A stretch of DNA of 64,000 nucleotides, taken from Octopus sinensis (Eukaryota). Positions 13,124-26,160 of the stretch are shown piece after piece (position 1 is the stretch's first letter; the number at the start of each line of letters is the position of its first letter). The stretch covers positions 128,216,001-128,280,000 of the forward strand of contig NC_043000.1 in the NCBI RefSeq assembly GCF_006345805.1. The letters are read 5' to 3'. Below the pieces are notes generated by a model. That model was not told the DNA's origin. It saw only the letters and a list, made by a program, of their open reading frames with translations, and did no database searches. The position numbers and the translations under genes are program-made.

Positions 13124-16100
13124 ATGTACAAAAAAACTACGAAGAAATTAAATAACACCGATGTTATTCAACCCAAGAATAACAATCGGGAAGTACGTAC
13201 TTTAAACTTACAACACAAAATGTACGAAAAACTACACGTGCAAAACAATGTGACAACAGAAATGAACGGACCGGTACCCTACGAAAATGACGACCGTCAA
13301 AATAATGGGTCGGACGTTGTTCCTCATGTCCCGCAAATAAAACCCAAAAGACATAAATGGACACGTGAGGAATACATTTATATCCTACACGCTTACTTCA
13401 CAGCAGTGTTCTACCCAAAAAATGAAAGCACAACAACACATACATATAAAATATGGAAGGAAAATAACATAAATATAGACTTGGATACAGCCATGAACCC
13501 TAATAAACTAGCTAACGTACGAAGATACATTCTCAACGCAAAAAAATATCAGAAATAGAAATAGAACATCTAAAAGAAAAAATACATCAGGAAAATGTAG
13601 ATAGAAGCCACACAACAATGCCCAACAATATAAACATTGAAACAGTAAAACACGAAGACAAACGTAACATTCCCAACAAACACGATGTAAACAAAAATCA
13701 ACAAACCCAGACCGTAAGGATGCATAATAATACACGACAAACAGCAAGCCAAAACACGACAAACAAACATACAAATGAAAACGAAAGCGATACAAATCTA
13801 AAACCTGGAAACAACGAAAGGGAGCCTAATGATTATGATAATATAAAAAGTAGAATAATCAAAGAACTAAAAACCACAGAGCTCAAAATGGACCACCGAC
13901 CATACCACCCAAAAATCAAAATAGACGAAACAACAACACCAATTATAAACAGCATAAACCTAGCCGTAGTATACGCAGCAGCCACTGCAGCCACAAAAAA
14001 AAGCTGGATACACATTCAAACCCATCCAAACAGGAGTACCACCACCCAAACAAACCCTGTGGATAAATAACATCCAAAACAAAATTCAAAAATTGAGAAA
14101 AGATCTGTCGATTCTTAATGAAATCAGTAGACAATCAACGCTACTGAGCAACAAAAAGAAAACAAAAATACTCCGCAAAAACAACATCACAGAAAAAGAT
14201 TTACCTGAGATAAAAGAAAAGCTAAAGCAAGATATCCTTGCCAAAGCACAAAAGATCCGCCGGTACGAGAAACGCCAGCGCTTCTTTGAACAAAACAAAA
14301 AGTTCAACTCCAACCCCAAAACGTTCTACCAAGAACTTAGCAAAAATAAAATAGAAATCACTGCAGCACCAACGGGAGAAGAAGTGGAAGAATTCTGGAG
14401 AGAAATATGGTCGGCGAACGAACAACAAAAAAAGGAGTATTAAAACAACAAACTCAGCATCTGAGCAACTTTGGACCCCCATAACAACTGAAGAGGTCAC
14501 CCAGGCACTGCAAAGACTAAGCAACTGGAAGGCACCTGGGCATGACAAGATCCCCAACTTCTGGTTGAAATATCTAACAGGAATGCACAAAAAGCTGTCT
14601 GAAAACTTTAACAACATACTAGCAGAGCCAGAGACAATGCCTGAATGGCTCACGAAGGGGAAAACCATCTTAATTCCCAAATCAAATGAGACAGCAAAAC
14701 CAGAAAACTACAGACCAATCACCTGTCTCCCTACAATGTTCAAGGCATTTACTGCAGTGATATCGCGAAGGCTGAACAAGCACCTGGATGAAAACAACCT
14801 GTTTCCAGAAGAGCAGAAAAGATGCCGCAAAGGCTCATATGGCTGTAAAGATCAACTAATGATTAATAAAGCCTTAACTGAAGACAGCCACAGAAAGAAG
14901 AAAGGCCTCAGTATGGCCTGGATCGACTACAAAAAGGCGTTTGATAGCATCCCCCACACATGGATCCTCGAAACACTAGCCATTAACAAAGTAGCACCGA
15001 CAATTATAAAATTCATAGGACACTCTATGAATAAATGGCAAACAGTGCTACAGCTCCAAACAAAAGAGGGACTCATGAAAACCAAAGCCATCCCCATTAG
15101 AAGAGGAATATTCCAGGGAGACACGCTCTCTCCACTCCTTTTCTGCTTGGCACTGTCACCTCTATCTGATATGCTAAATAGAACTGGATGCGGATATAAA
15201 TGTTACGGCAAAACGATCAGCCACCTTTTATATATGGATGACCTAAAACTATACGCTGCAAATGACAAACAGCTGGAAACACTATTAAAGACAGTTCATG
15301 GATTTACCAAAGAAATAGATATGAAATTTGGATTAGAAAAATGCGCCAAAGTAACCATGAAAAGAGGAAAACTAGTTAAGAGTAACAACATCACACTAGA
15401 TAAAACCAATGAAATAAAAGAATTAGACCAAAGCCAAACTTACAAATACTTAGGAACCCATGAACTAGATAAGACACAACACACACAAATGAAAGAGAAA
15501 ATAAAAAAAGAATATTATAGACGAGTTAGATCAATACTAAAAACAGAGCTCAATGCTAAAAACAAGATAATAGGTATTAACACTTTAGCTGTCCCAGTTA
15601 TAAGTTACAGCTACAATATCCTTAACTGGACACTAAATGAACTGACCAAAATAGATAGGAAAACAAGAAAAATAATGACAGGATCTAGGATGCATCACCC
15701 AAAATCTGACATAGAAAGACTATATATACAACGTATAGAAGGTGGTAGAGGCCTTATACAGCTGGAAAACTACTATAAAATAATCACCATAGGAATGCAA
15801 AAATATCTACTTCAGAAGGAAGGAAAACTGATACAAATAGCGGCAAAACACGAGCAAAACAAAAAACTGTTCTCAGTATTTAAGGAAGCTGACAAATACA
15901 AACAAGAAATCATACCACCTAATAAATATGAAGAAGAAGAAGAAGAAGAAGAAGAAGAAGAAGAAGAAGAAGAAGAAGAAGAAGAAGAAGAAGAAGAAGA
16001 AGAAGAAGAAGAAGAAGAAGAAGAAGAAACAACAAAAGCTATAAAACAAATGAAATCCAAACTAAAACTAGAACAGCAAAGAACCATGATAAAACGATGG

Positions 16101-17333
16101 CAAGAAAAGACCCTTCATGGTAAATACTGGACTAAACTAAATGCAAAAGAAATAGACAAAGAAAAATCCCAGCAATGGTTGAGAAGCTCAGGACTCAAAG
16201 CAGAGACAGAGGGATTCTTAATTGCAGCACAGGACCAAAGCCTACCCACCAGAAATTACCAAAAACATGTAATGAAAAGAAATATAACAAGTAACTGCAG
16301 AATATGTGTAGATGGACAAGAAACAATAAATCATATTATCTCTGGCTGCCCAGTCCTGGCTAAGAAGGAATATATTCACAGACATGACAGAGTTGGGACC
16401 TACATACACTGGAAGCTATGCCAACATTATGGAATAACTACAGAAAAAAGATGGTATAGGCACACACCAGAAAAGGTCACAGAAAACGAGAAAGCAACCA
16501 TACTCTGGGATATGCCGATACACACAGATAGAGAAATTAAGGCCAACAGACCAGATATAGTTGTCAGAGATCATGAAGAAAAAAATGCTTTCTAATTGAT
16601 GTATCAATACCAGCAGATGACAACGTGTCTCTAAAAGAAATGGAGAAACTTTCAAAATACAAAGACCTGGAAATAGAGGTAACCAGAATGTGGAATCTAA
16701 AAACAGAAACAATTCCTATCATAGTAGGTGCATTAGGCATGATAAAAAAATATTCAGACAAATACATAACAAAAACACCAGGACTTACAAACACATCTCG
16801 AAAGAGTCCAGAAGCTGGCTACCCGCATGGTTCATGGTCTCAAAAATTTGTCCTACGAAGAAAGGCTGAGGACGCTCGACCTTTATTCTCTTGAAAAACG
16901 CCGCCGCCGTTGTAATCTCATTCTCGCCCACAACATCATAACCGGAAAGTGTAACCTCTCGAAAGAGCTGTTCTTCACTCCTGCTCCAGAGCGTCGGCTG
17001 CGGGGTCATTCCGAAAAGCTCTACCTGCGACGATTTCATCTTAATCGAAGGAGAGGAGCTTTCTTCGTCCGGGTTGCGGATCCGTGGAACAAGCTGCCAG
17101 ACGAGATGGTGAAGATGCCGACGACCGCTTTGTTCAAAGCCTCCCTGGACCTCAAGTGGCCTGAACTCTTTACATGAACACCACTCTGTACTTAACTCCA
17201 TGTCCCCCTACATGGCCTTGCTATTTGCTTTTGAGCCAAATTAACTAACTAACTAACTAACTAACATAACATACAGAAAATTGCACTACTAGGCACTGCA
17301 CACATCCTACGCAGAACACTTTCCATACAATAA
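13124..17333 (+). pseudogene. Disrupted single ORF of the R4/Dong element (RT-RLE polyprotein)
   Basis: Track ORFs 13124..13558, 13618..14070, 14093..14443, 14565..16595 and 16625..16894 are consecutive pieces of one frame. They are broken by frameshifts (e.g. A7 at ~16579-16585 where the upstream copy has A8) and by the insertion at 16797-17265; the native stop TAA is at 17331-17333. Confidence 0.85.
16797..17265 (+). mobile_element. 5'-truncated CR1/Jockey-type LINE 3' end nested in the R4 element
   Basis: LKNLSYEERLRTLDLYSLEKRR...RGHSEKL...FFVRVADPWNKLP...FKASLD is the typical CR1 ORF2 C-terminus; tail (TAAC)n. Removing 16797-17265 restores acacat|ataacatacag exactly as in the uninterrupted upstream copy. 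Confidence 0.88.
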
Positions 17334-17427
17334 CAATCAGAGCATCACAACAAATCACAGCACATACCCAAGGCACACAGAGCTGCGCTCGGTAGTGAAG
17401 TGAAAGCACGCTATAAAAATAAAACTA

Positions 17428-17504
<77 letters not shown>

Positions 17505-17582
17505 AGAAAAATAGGAAAAATATATTCTTTGAACTTCATTTAGCTCCTTGTGTTTTAACGGAAAATAACATTTGTTTTGTAG

Positions 17583-17749
17583 ATCACAAAGATAACTGGA
17601 TACAAGTGTTTGAATCCGTCGCTGGTACAGGTAGAAACCCTTATGAACTATATAGCTCACCTTTGAGTGGAGTGTGGAAGTCATCCAATTCACTTAGTGT
17701 CTTTAAAAGTTCTTTGATTGAAAATTGGGTTTCACTTTACGTGCAAGAG
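17583..17749 (+). CDS. Coding exon 2 ([26 protein letters not shown]...[15 protein letters not shown])
   Basis: Acceptor tttgttttgtag|AT, donor GAG|gtattt; 167 nt, phase 1 to 0, open frame, joins exon 1 (G+AT=Asp) and exon 3 in frame. Confidence 0.85.
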
Positions 17750-17789
17750 GTATTTCATTCAATTCTATAACTATATAACTCTACGTACA

Positions 17790-17862
<73 letters not shown>

Positions 17863-17939
17863 GTCTGTCTGTCTGTCTATCTGTCTATCTGTCTGTCTGT
17901 CTAGCTAGCTACGCTCGCACACACATACATTATACATAC

Positions 17940-18373
<434 letters not shown>

Positions 18374-18419
18374 CATACATACATATATAAATACATATAT
18401 ATACATACATACGTACATG

Positions 18420-18495
<76 letters not shown>

Positions 18496-18580
18496 CCTAT
18501 ATACCCGTAAATATATATACACACACGACGTTTTTTTTAATTTAAAATTTTTAAAAGGTTTAATAAAAAATAACAACTAA

Positions 18581-18890
18581 TTAATCAATAATGTATTCAC
18601 CCTTGTTGTTTACAACTTCTTCCCAACGTTCAACAAGATTTTCAATACCTCGTTGGTAGAAATCACCCGATTTCGACTCGAAAAATTGATCCAACCAAGC
18701 TCTCAATTCTGCATCAGTATTGAACGAAACTCCGCGCATAGCATTTGAAAGAGATCGAAAGAGGTGGAAATCCGTTGGTGCCAAATCAAGGGAGTGTGGC
18801 AGCGCTTCCCAGCCATGCGTTTGAGTGGCTTCTTTGGTCATATTGGCGATATGAAGGCGGGCGTTGTCATGCAGCAGAAGAACTCCATGT
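18581..18890 (-). mobile_element. Mariner transposase C-terminal remnant
   Basis: LLLHDNARLH...HSLDLAPTDFHLFRSL...FFESK..FYQRGI..L.ERW is the mariner HDNARPH / YSPDLAPSD(Y/F)HLF region. Confidence 0.85.
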
Positions 18891-19059
18891 ATATATTATG
18901 GTTTATTACAGCTATTTCAGGCGTGTTTATTATTGATGGATAGAAAACGGCATTTTTTTTGCATGATGTAACATTTCTATTCATCAATAAAAAAAACATG
19001 CAGTGAACAGCTGTAGTGAAGCACAATCTATCTGTATTTTCTAGGTTTGTGTATATGTA

Positions 19060-19135
<76 letters not shown>

Positions 19136-19658
19136 GGTGTAAGAACAACAAGCAGTTGTGTGTGTGTGTATACATATAAAATTTCAGGTTTCAAAAGAAT
19201 CAGGCACTTAAATAGTAAAGCACCAAGATCAGAGCGGTGACATCACTATCATGTACAAATAATGTTTGAGTACAAATACGTACTTACTAATGTAAACACG
19301 GATTTGTACTTCGGTTGTGCGTACAATCACAAGTGGCCGACTGAATATACAACGAGTCGTCAAGCTAGCACATGGGAACATTCGCTGCACCCTTTGCACT
19401 GCACTCAGTAGACTCTAGATCCAAGCGAATTGCAGGTTCCGAGTTAGGTGAATGATAAACAAATAACAACAGATGAATTGAGGTTCACTACAGCTGTTTC
19501 AGACATACTTTTGTATTGATGAATAGAAAACTGTTTTTTCTTCTTCTTTTATGCATGATGTAATACTTCTATTCATCAATGAAAACATGTCTGAAACAGC
19601 TGTAGTAAACCACACTCTATCTGTGTTATTTATGTATAAGTGTGTGTGTGTGTGTGTG

Positions 19659-19704
<46 letters not shown>

Positions 19705-19921
19705 TGTGTGTGTGTGTGCATGTACCAAAGTCTCCGCTCATAAATGAACAACTGTTCGTAAACTCTGAGGAAAGGCTTTGTTTCTGATTACCATTGTACA
19801 TGACAATCACCCCTACTGTCACGTTCACGTTAGATTGACAGTATACAACAATTCTATGTGTTTTAATTAAAAGCCTTTTTTTTCCAAGGTGGTGATTTAT
19901 TATATCCAATGATATTTCCAG

Positions 19922-20085
19922 GTTAAATTCGTTCTCGAGCAAGACAATCAAATAGTGGTGAGTATGATATTTGATGGAAAGCAGAGCAACAAAACGAACT
20001 GGTTTAGCCTCAATCGTCTGATTAAAGCGTCGCCTTGGACTGACCTTAAGACAAATGAACCTAGTATTTTTAGTATAGTCGGAGA
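19922..20085 (+). CDS. Coding exon 3 (VKFVLEQDNQIVVSMIFDGKQSNKTNWFSLNRLIKASPWTDLKTNEPSIFSIVG)
   Basis: Acceptor atttccag|GTT with an in-frame TGA just upstream, donor GGAGA|gtgagt; 164 nt, phase 0 to 2. Confidence 0.9.
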
Positions 20086-20228
20086 GTGAGTATATATATT
20101 GTTTACTAATAAATCAACATATTCTTTGTTTGTTTTGATAGTCAGCTAAGTCCAGTTAACAAATACTTCAGGTCAACAACTGGTTTGACAAATATAGGAA
20201 GTACAAGTTTTACAAAGAAAATTTATCT

Positions 20229-20278
<50 letters not shown>

Positions 20279-20651
20279 ATATACATATGTGAAAATAATA
20301 ACATAGGGTTAAGATAAATTTGGTTTCAAATTTTGGCACAAGATCAGCTTGTCCCGGACATGGTATAATCCGATTACATCGACCCCAGTGCTCAACTGGA
20401 ACTTATTTTATCGCTCTCTAAAGGATGAAAAGTGAAGCCGACCTCGGAATTTGAACTCTGACCGTGAAGACGACAAAATGCTGCCAATCATTTAGCCCGA
20501 CGTGCTAACGATTTTGTCAGATCGCCGCCTTATAAGTTAAGATAAATATTTCCATTATACATACATACATACATACATACATACATACATACATACACAC
20601 ACATGCACACACATACACGCACACACACACACGCACACACACACACGCGCG

Positions 20652-20696
<45 letters not shown>

Positions 20697-22635
20697 AGTT
20701 AAAGAGACATTACAAACTGCTTTTATACAAAAAGAGATTTACTGAAAAAAATATTTTAAAAGTTTTACAGAATAAGGAAAATTGAATTTGACTAACCGGT
20801 TTGCACTGTCCTCAGCTTATATAAATTTAAAATACGTTCTTCAATGCAATTTTTTGCCAATGTGATGAGGAAAAATACATGGAATTAATTTGAAATAGAA
20901 ATACCGCTTATATAATTTTCAGGTTAAGGGACATAACTGTTAGTTTGCGTGTTTCGTGTGGCATCCAACACCTTTCGTTCTTCTTTAAGTCTTGATAATC
21001 TACATGATGTTATCATTCAACTACGGCAGTAGTTGAATAATATTCTAAAGGCCGCAATTTACTCACATGCTGCATCTTTCAGAACTTGTCGCGAATTCAG
21101 TTCATAACCAAATTGAAAACTGTTAACACTTTTGAAGACGACTTGTCCCTAGCTACATTTTGGTATAAGAAAATTGAGATTTGATCAAGTAGAAAAAGTT
21201 TACATCAAAATTTGTAGCAACGTTTTAGGAGAGTAACGCCTCCAGTCAAGTTTAGATCTAAATAACTTCTTTTTTTTTAAAAGCAAAATATATTTATCTT
21301 AGCTTCACTGATAGAAGAAAGCATGAAGAATTTCATAGTGTTGGCCCCATGCAACAAAAATTTGTATCAAAAGAGTTGTGAGGTAAAATATCATGAAAAA
21401 AAATATAAGGCAAAAAATTAGATTTAAATATAATTAACTTTTTTTTATTTTGAAAACAAACAATATTTTAATTAAGCTTAAATTATAGGGCTCAATTCGA
21501 GGAATTTCATGGTATCAATCTCATGCAATGAAGTTTTAAAAGAAAAAGTTATGAGTGTTTGTTTCTCAACTTTGAGGGTGATAATATAGTTCTATACTTT
21601 TTTATGAATATAGTTTTATAAGGGGGCTTTTGATATATATCACCGGCATCATTGAGGAAAGGAAAAAAATTATCAACGATACCGTTAATTGACACATTTG
21701 ACACATTATTAATAGCATAACCTGGAAAAACATGGATTATGTGGAAAAATTCGAGCAAGAGAAATAATATTTTCTAAAGATTATAAATCTGGAAAAGTAC
21801 AGGACAAGTTATTACATCCAGTAAAGTATAGAACAAGAAAATTTTTTAATTAAAATACTGCAGCTAAGGATAAAATTTGGATATTAAAAATTATTTGATT
21901 TTAATTTACAAAGTTTATTGTTAAAATATTGACACACTAGAATACTTCAAAGATGAAAGCCAGAAGTACCAATATAGCTAAAGTTTTATGCAAAGCAGAA
22001 TAGTATATATGGTAGGCAAATTCATTGTGTAAAAAATAGACATTGACTCAAGACTAAAAATGTGAAGACTTGGCAATAACCTAAGCAATAGCTCAAGCAA
22101 ATTTTACTGTGAATTTATTGTTATAGGTAGACTTTACTGTAATATATAACTAATTTTTGTATTATTCTGTTTATTGTACTAACAAATCATGTACTACTAT
22201 TGTTTTTTATAACCTATTTTCAAATTTCTAATTAATAATTTTAAAAAATGAATCTTTTTAAAGTGCAAAAAATATTTTGAGTTATTTTTACTTTATAATA
22301 GAAGTAACAAATAATAACAAGTAGAAGTAATAACTTGTAATATATTTTTTTTGTGTGTTTTAATAAAAGATAATATTTTCTAAATCTAAATATTTTATTT
22401 GAAATTTTATCCTTAGCTGCAATATTTTACATAAAAATTTTCTTGTTCTGTACTTTACCTGATGTAAACACTTGTCCTGAACTTTTCCAAGTGTCCTGTA
22501 CTTTTCCAGATTTATAATCTTAAGAATATTATTTCTCTTGCTCACATTTTCCCATGTAATGATATAATATATAAACCCTATGGTTATCGAACTTCAATTT
22601 TCTTCAATACCAGAACAACTTCGATTTTTTTTCAG

Positions 22636-22808
22636 AGACACTGTTTACAAAAGAAGGTTTTATATCAATAAGGAATACAACCGCTGTAAAAAGGATGTAG
22701 GCTGGCTTCTGGTCAGAGACAATAAAAAGGGTATGGTTTGTTCCTTTGCAGCCTCTAAATTTCCAATCTTCTTATTTTCTCCGGTGAAAACCTCCACTTA
22801 TCTTGAAG
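22636..22808 (+). CDS. Coding exon 4 (EDTVYKRRFYINKEYNRCKKDVGWLLVRDNKKGMVCSFAASKFPIFLFSPVKTSTYLE)
   Basis: Acceptor tttttttttcag|A, donor GAAG|gtgagt; 173 nt, phase 2 to 1; corresponds to the inner part of track ORF 22580..22870. Confidence 0.9.
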
Positions 22809-23029
22809 GTGAGTCTATATTTGGGTTTATCACTTCCACTTACCATAGCCACAAACATACACATTACTAATCCAGCCATTTCAGCAGGCTGAGGTCGTTT
22901 ATATTCTTTTGTAAAGAAATAAACAACACAAACTGTGCTAAGAAATTAACAGTAGGCATGGATGTTTGCTTAAGAATTGCACCTCGTAACTACGTAGGTT
23001 CAATTCAACTGTGCGACATATTTCACAAC

Positions 23030-23327
23030 CGAAAAGATGAAAGACAAAGTCGACCTCGGCGGTATTTGAACTCAGAACGTAGCGACGGGCAAAATACCTA
23101 TTTCTTTACTACCCACAAGGGGCTAGACACAGAGAGGTCAAACAAGGACAGACAAACGGATTAAGTCGAATACATCAACCCCAGTGCGTAACTGGTACTT
23201 AATTTATCGACCTCGAAAGGATGAAAGGCAAAGTCAACCTCGGCAGAATTTGAACTCACAACGTAGCGGCAGTCGAAATATTGGTAAGCATTTCGCCCGG
23301 AGTGCTAACGTTTCTGCAGGCTCGCTG
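23030..23327 (-). mobile_element. SINE family 1 copy with one internal unit
   Basis: Reverse complement of the 641-1020 architecture, including the linker cttgtgggtagtaaagaaatagg. Confidence 0.75.
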
Positions 23328-23390
23328 CGATGGGCAAAATACCGTTAAGCATTCCGTCCAGCGTGCAAACAATTCTGCCAGCTCGCCTTC

Positions 23391-23476
<86 letters not shown>

Positions 23477-23892
23477 TCATACTATAGGCACAAGGCCTGG
23501 AACTTTTGGTGGGGAGAATGGTAGTTAATTACATCGACCCCAGAGCTCAAATGGTTGTTATTTTTTCGATCCCGAAAATATGAAAGGCAAGTATTTGGAC
23601 TCAGAACTTAAAGAAATGCTTTTTAAAAATGCTATTAAGCATTTTGTCCGATACACTGATGATTCCGCTAGCACGGTTTCTGACTGAGGCACAACGCCAT
23701 GAATTTTTAAGGGCGAGTCTTAGTCAATACCATCGGCCAGAAGTCTTGGACTGGTACCTTTATTTTATCAGCGGTATTTAAATTCAAAACGGTGAGAGTT
23801 GGAATAAATAAAACTAATTAAAACATAAGTTAAAAGAACTAAAGCCTTTTTGAGCTTCTCATAAGTATAATTTTTATTCTTTATCTTTCCAG

Positions 23893-23939
23893 ATTATGAC
23901 AGCGCTGACAAAATGATTATCTCCATCAAAATTCGTTAA
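23893..23939 (+). CDS. Terminal coding exon 5 (DYDSADKMIISIKIR*)
   Basis: Acceptor ttatctttccag|AT, phase 1, TAA at 23937-23939; the five exons total 876 nt = 291 aa + stop. Confidence 0.8.
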
Positions 23940-24003
23940 ACCTGAAGTACAAAAGCAGAGAGCACGAAAATGGATTCAACTAACCAGTAGAATTAGTAAA
24001 GTG

Positions 24004-24009
24004 AATAAA
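24004..24009 (+). promoter_or_regulatory. Candidate polyadenylation signal of the 5-exon gene
   Basis: First AATAAA after the stop codon, 65 nt downstream; AT-rich context makes chance occurrence likely. Confidence 0.4.
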
Positions 24010-24073
24010 CTATGAATTAGAAGAGGAAAAGTGATTAGCAGATATTATGAACATGCACACACGCGATATTATG

Positions 24074-24175
<102 letters not shown>

Positions 24176-24799
24176 ACGTAACATAGTTTGATGTATATAA
24201 ATTTTAATGTATTAACGATATTTCTTATTCAACGATATTGCTTATTGCTTAATGTGGTTGTTCTCAGTCTGTCGGTAAGCACGTTTGCTGTTGTTTTAAT
24301 GATCAATTTATTTTTGTGTTAATTTGCAATGTATCATATGAATAACATGTATTATATAATATAAATGTATAATGTATAATATAAATACATAAATAAATTT
24401 AGAGTTATTTATTTAAAAGCCTTAACTGTGGAGATTGCAAACAAAGTGATTACACAGCGCGCACGCACACACACACGCACAGACAGACAGACAGACATAC
24501 ATACAGACAGACACAGACACACACACACACACACACATACAAACACACACACACACAATTTCGCCAAGGTTGACTTTGTCTTTCATCCTTTCGGGGTCGG
24601 TGAAATAAGCAACAGTTGAGACCTGTGGTCGATTTAATCGACTTTGCCCCTCCCCTAAAACTGCTGACCTTGACCAAAACTTGAAATCAAGATACCTACT
24701 TCCTACCTACCTACCTACCTACCTACCTACCTACCTCCTACCTACCTACCTGCATACCTGCATACATACATACATATATACATACATATATACATATAC

Positions 24800-24832
<33 letters not shown>

Positions 24833-25351
24833 TGTATGTATGTATGTATGTATGTATGTATGTATATGCATATATGGATACAGGACGTCACTAACAGTAA
24901 ATAACATGAGATACGAAAACAAATGAATTAAATACGTAAACAACAAGAGAAAAAATAGAAAACAGGACAAGTAATAAAAAGAATATAAAGAACGACCTTT
25001 CATCAGTTGTCGGCTGTCTATCTACTCCCCATCTCGAGCAATCAACGACAATGTGAGTCTTCGAAGACAGTTGCTCCCATAAATACCAAAATAAAATTTT
25101 GGATTTATGGAGGGTCAAAGCTGGGAACAAAAACAGGACGGTGGAGACATACAAGGAAACCGAACGAAAACAAACATGGAGGGTCGTTAGACTAGGGTCC
25201 CAAATCTATTTGCTTCAGTTAGTTATGAACTAATGTCTCCTGTTCGATGGGTACCACGTTTTTAATAATCCGTTATTATATAATAACTATCATTTATAAC
25301 ATTGAGGATGAAGATGACGACGGCGACGACGATCGTGTTGGTGATGATGAT

Positions 25352-25382
<31 letters not shown>

Positions 25383-25974
25383 AGGAGGAGGAAGAGGGAG
25401 CTTGGAAAGGAGGTGTTGAAAGAGAGGAAGAAGTAGAGAGTAAATAAAAGAGAAAGTGATGTTGTCGCTGCTGCTGCTGCTGTTGTTACTTTATTATACT
25501 TGTTTTGTGCGGTATGCATCACAAAATAAAGAGTATTTATAACTCCATTGAATTTATACTAACATGGGGAGATAACTACCAAATGTCAATTAGAGTTATT
25601 TCCCTTAGATTCAAAACTCCGTATTTTTATTACCTCACAAATTATTGTTTTCAGTCGTCCTTGCTTGGCATGTGACTTGATCTGAGATCCTATATTGGAA
25701 TAAACACAATTAAATTTTGTTAGAATTGTTGTAACATTGAAAAAAAAGAAGTGGTTTTATGAATTTCTTCAATTTTTTTCTGCGAGACTAAAATAGTGTA
25801 TTTATTTTTAAAAAATATACTTTCGTTTTAAAATTAAGCCACAAGTAGTCTCCCCTGATAGCCTATATTTACAAATCGAATAAGAAATTGATGGAATATA
25901 TAAATGTTTTATATAATGATAAAATATCGAATTTTTTGCTGTAATTTTCTTTAATAAAACTTTTGAGAATATTT

Positions 25975-26160
25975 TTAAGCCCAAGACAGCAGGCTAGCAA
26001 GGGGCTTCAAATTATATTTGGTGATTAGCAACACTGAAAATTGTTTAACGATCACCTCTTGGTCTTTACAAAACATCCAACTTAGTTCAGGATTAACACA
26101 TTCTAACAATGGTCTAATAGATCCTGAGTAAGCTGTTACTAATTTCTTATAGAAAAACAT
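25975..26160 (-). mobile_element. Degenerate CR1-like LINE remnant
   Basis: YSGSIRPLLECVNPELS...KD resembles CR1 YKSLVRPLLEYCSPVW...KD. Confidence 0.45.

Larger units (their letters stand above)
13107..17430 (+). mobile_element. Near full-length R4/Dong-clade non-LTR retrotransposon (RT + restriction-like endonuclease), flanked by (TAA)n
   Basis: N-terminal Myb-like KRHKWTREEY...LANVRRYI; RT motifs NWKAPGHD, WIDYKKAFDS, GIFQGDTLSPLLF, YMDDLKLY; CCHC knuckle CRICVDGQETINHIISGC; RLE motifs RHD, RPDIVV, IDV, KLSKY; (TAA)n directly upstream (13042-13106) and as tail (17431-~17502). Sense to the host gene, in intron 1. Confidence 0.92.
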
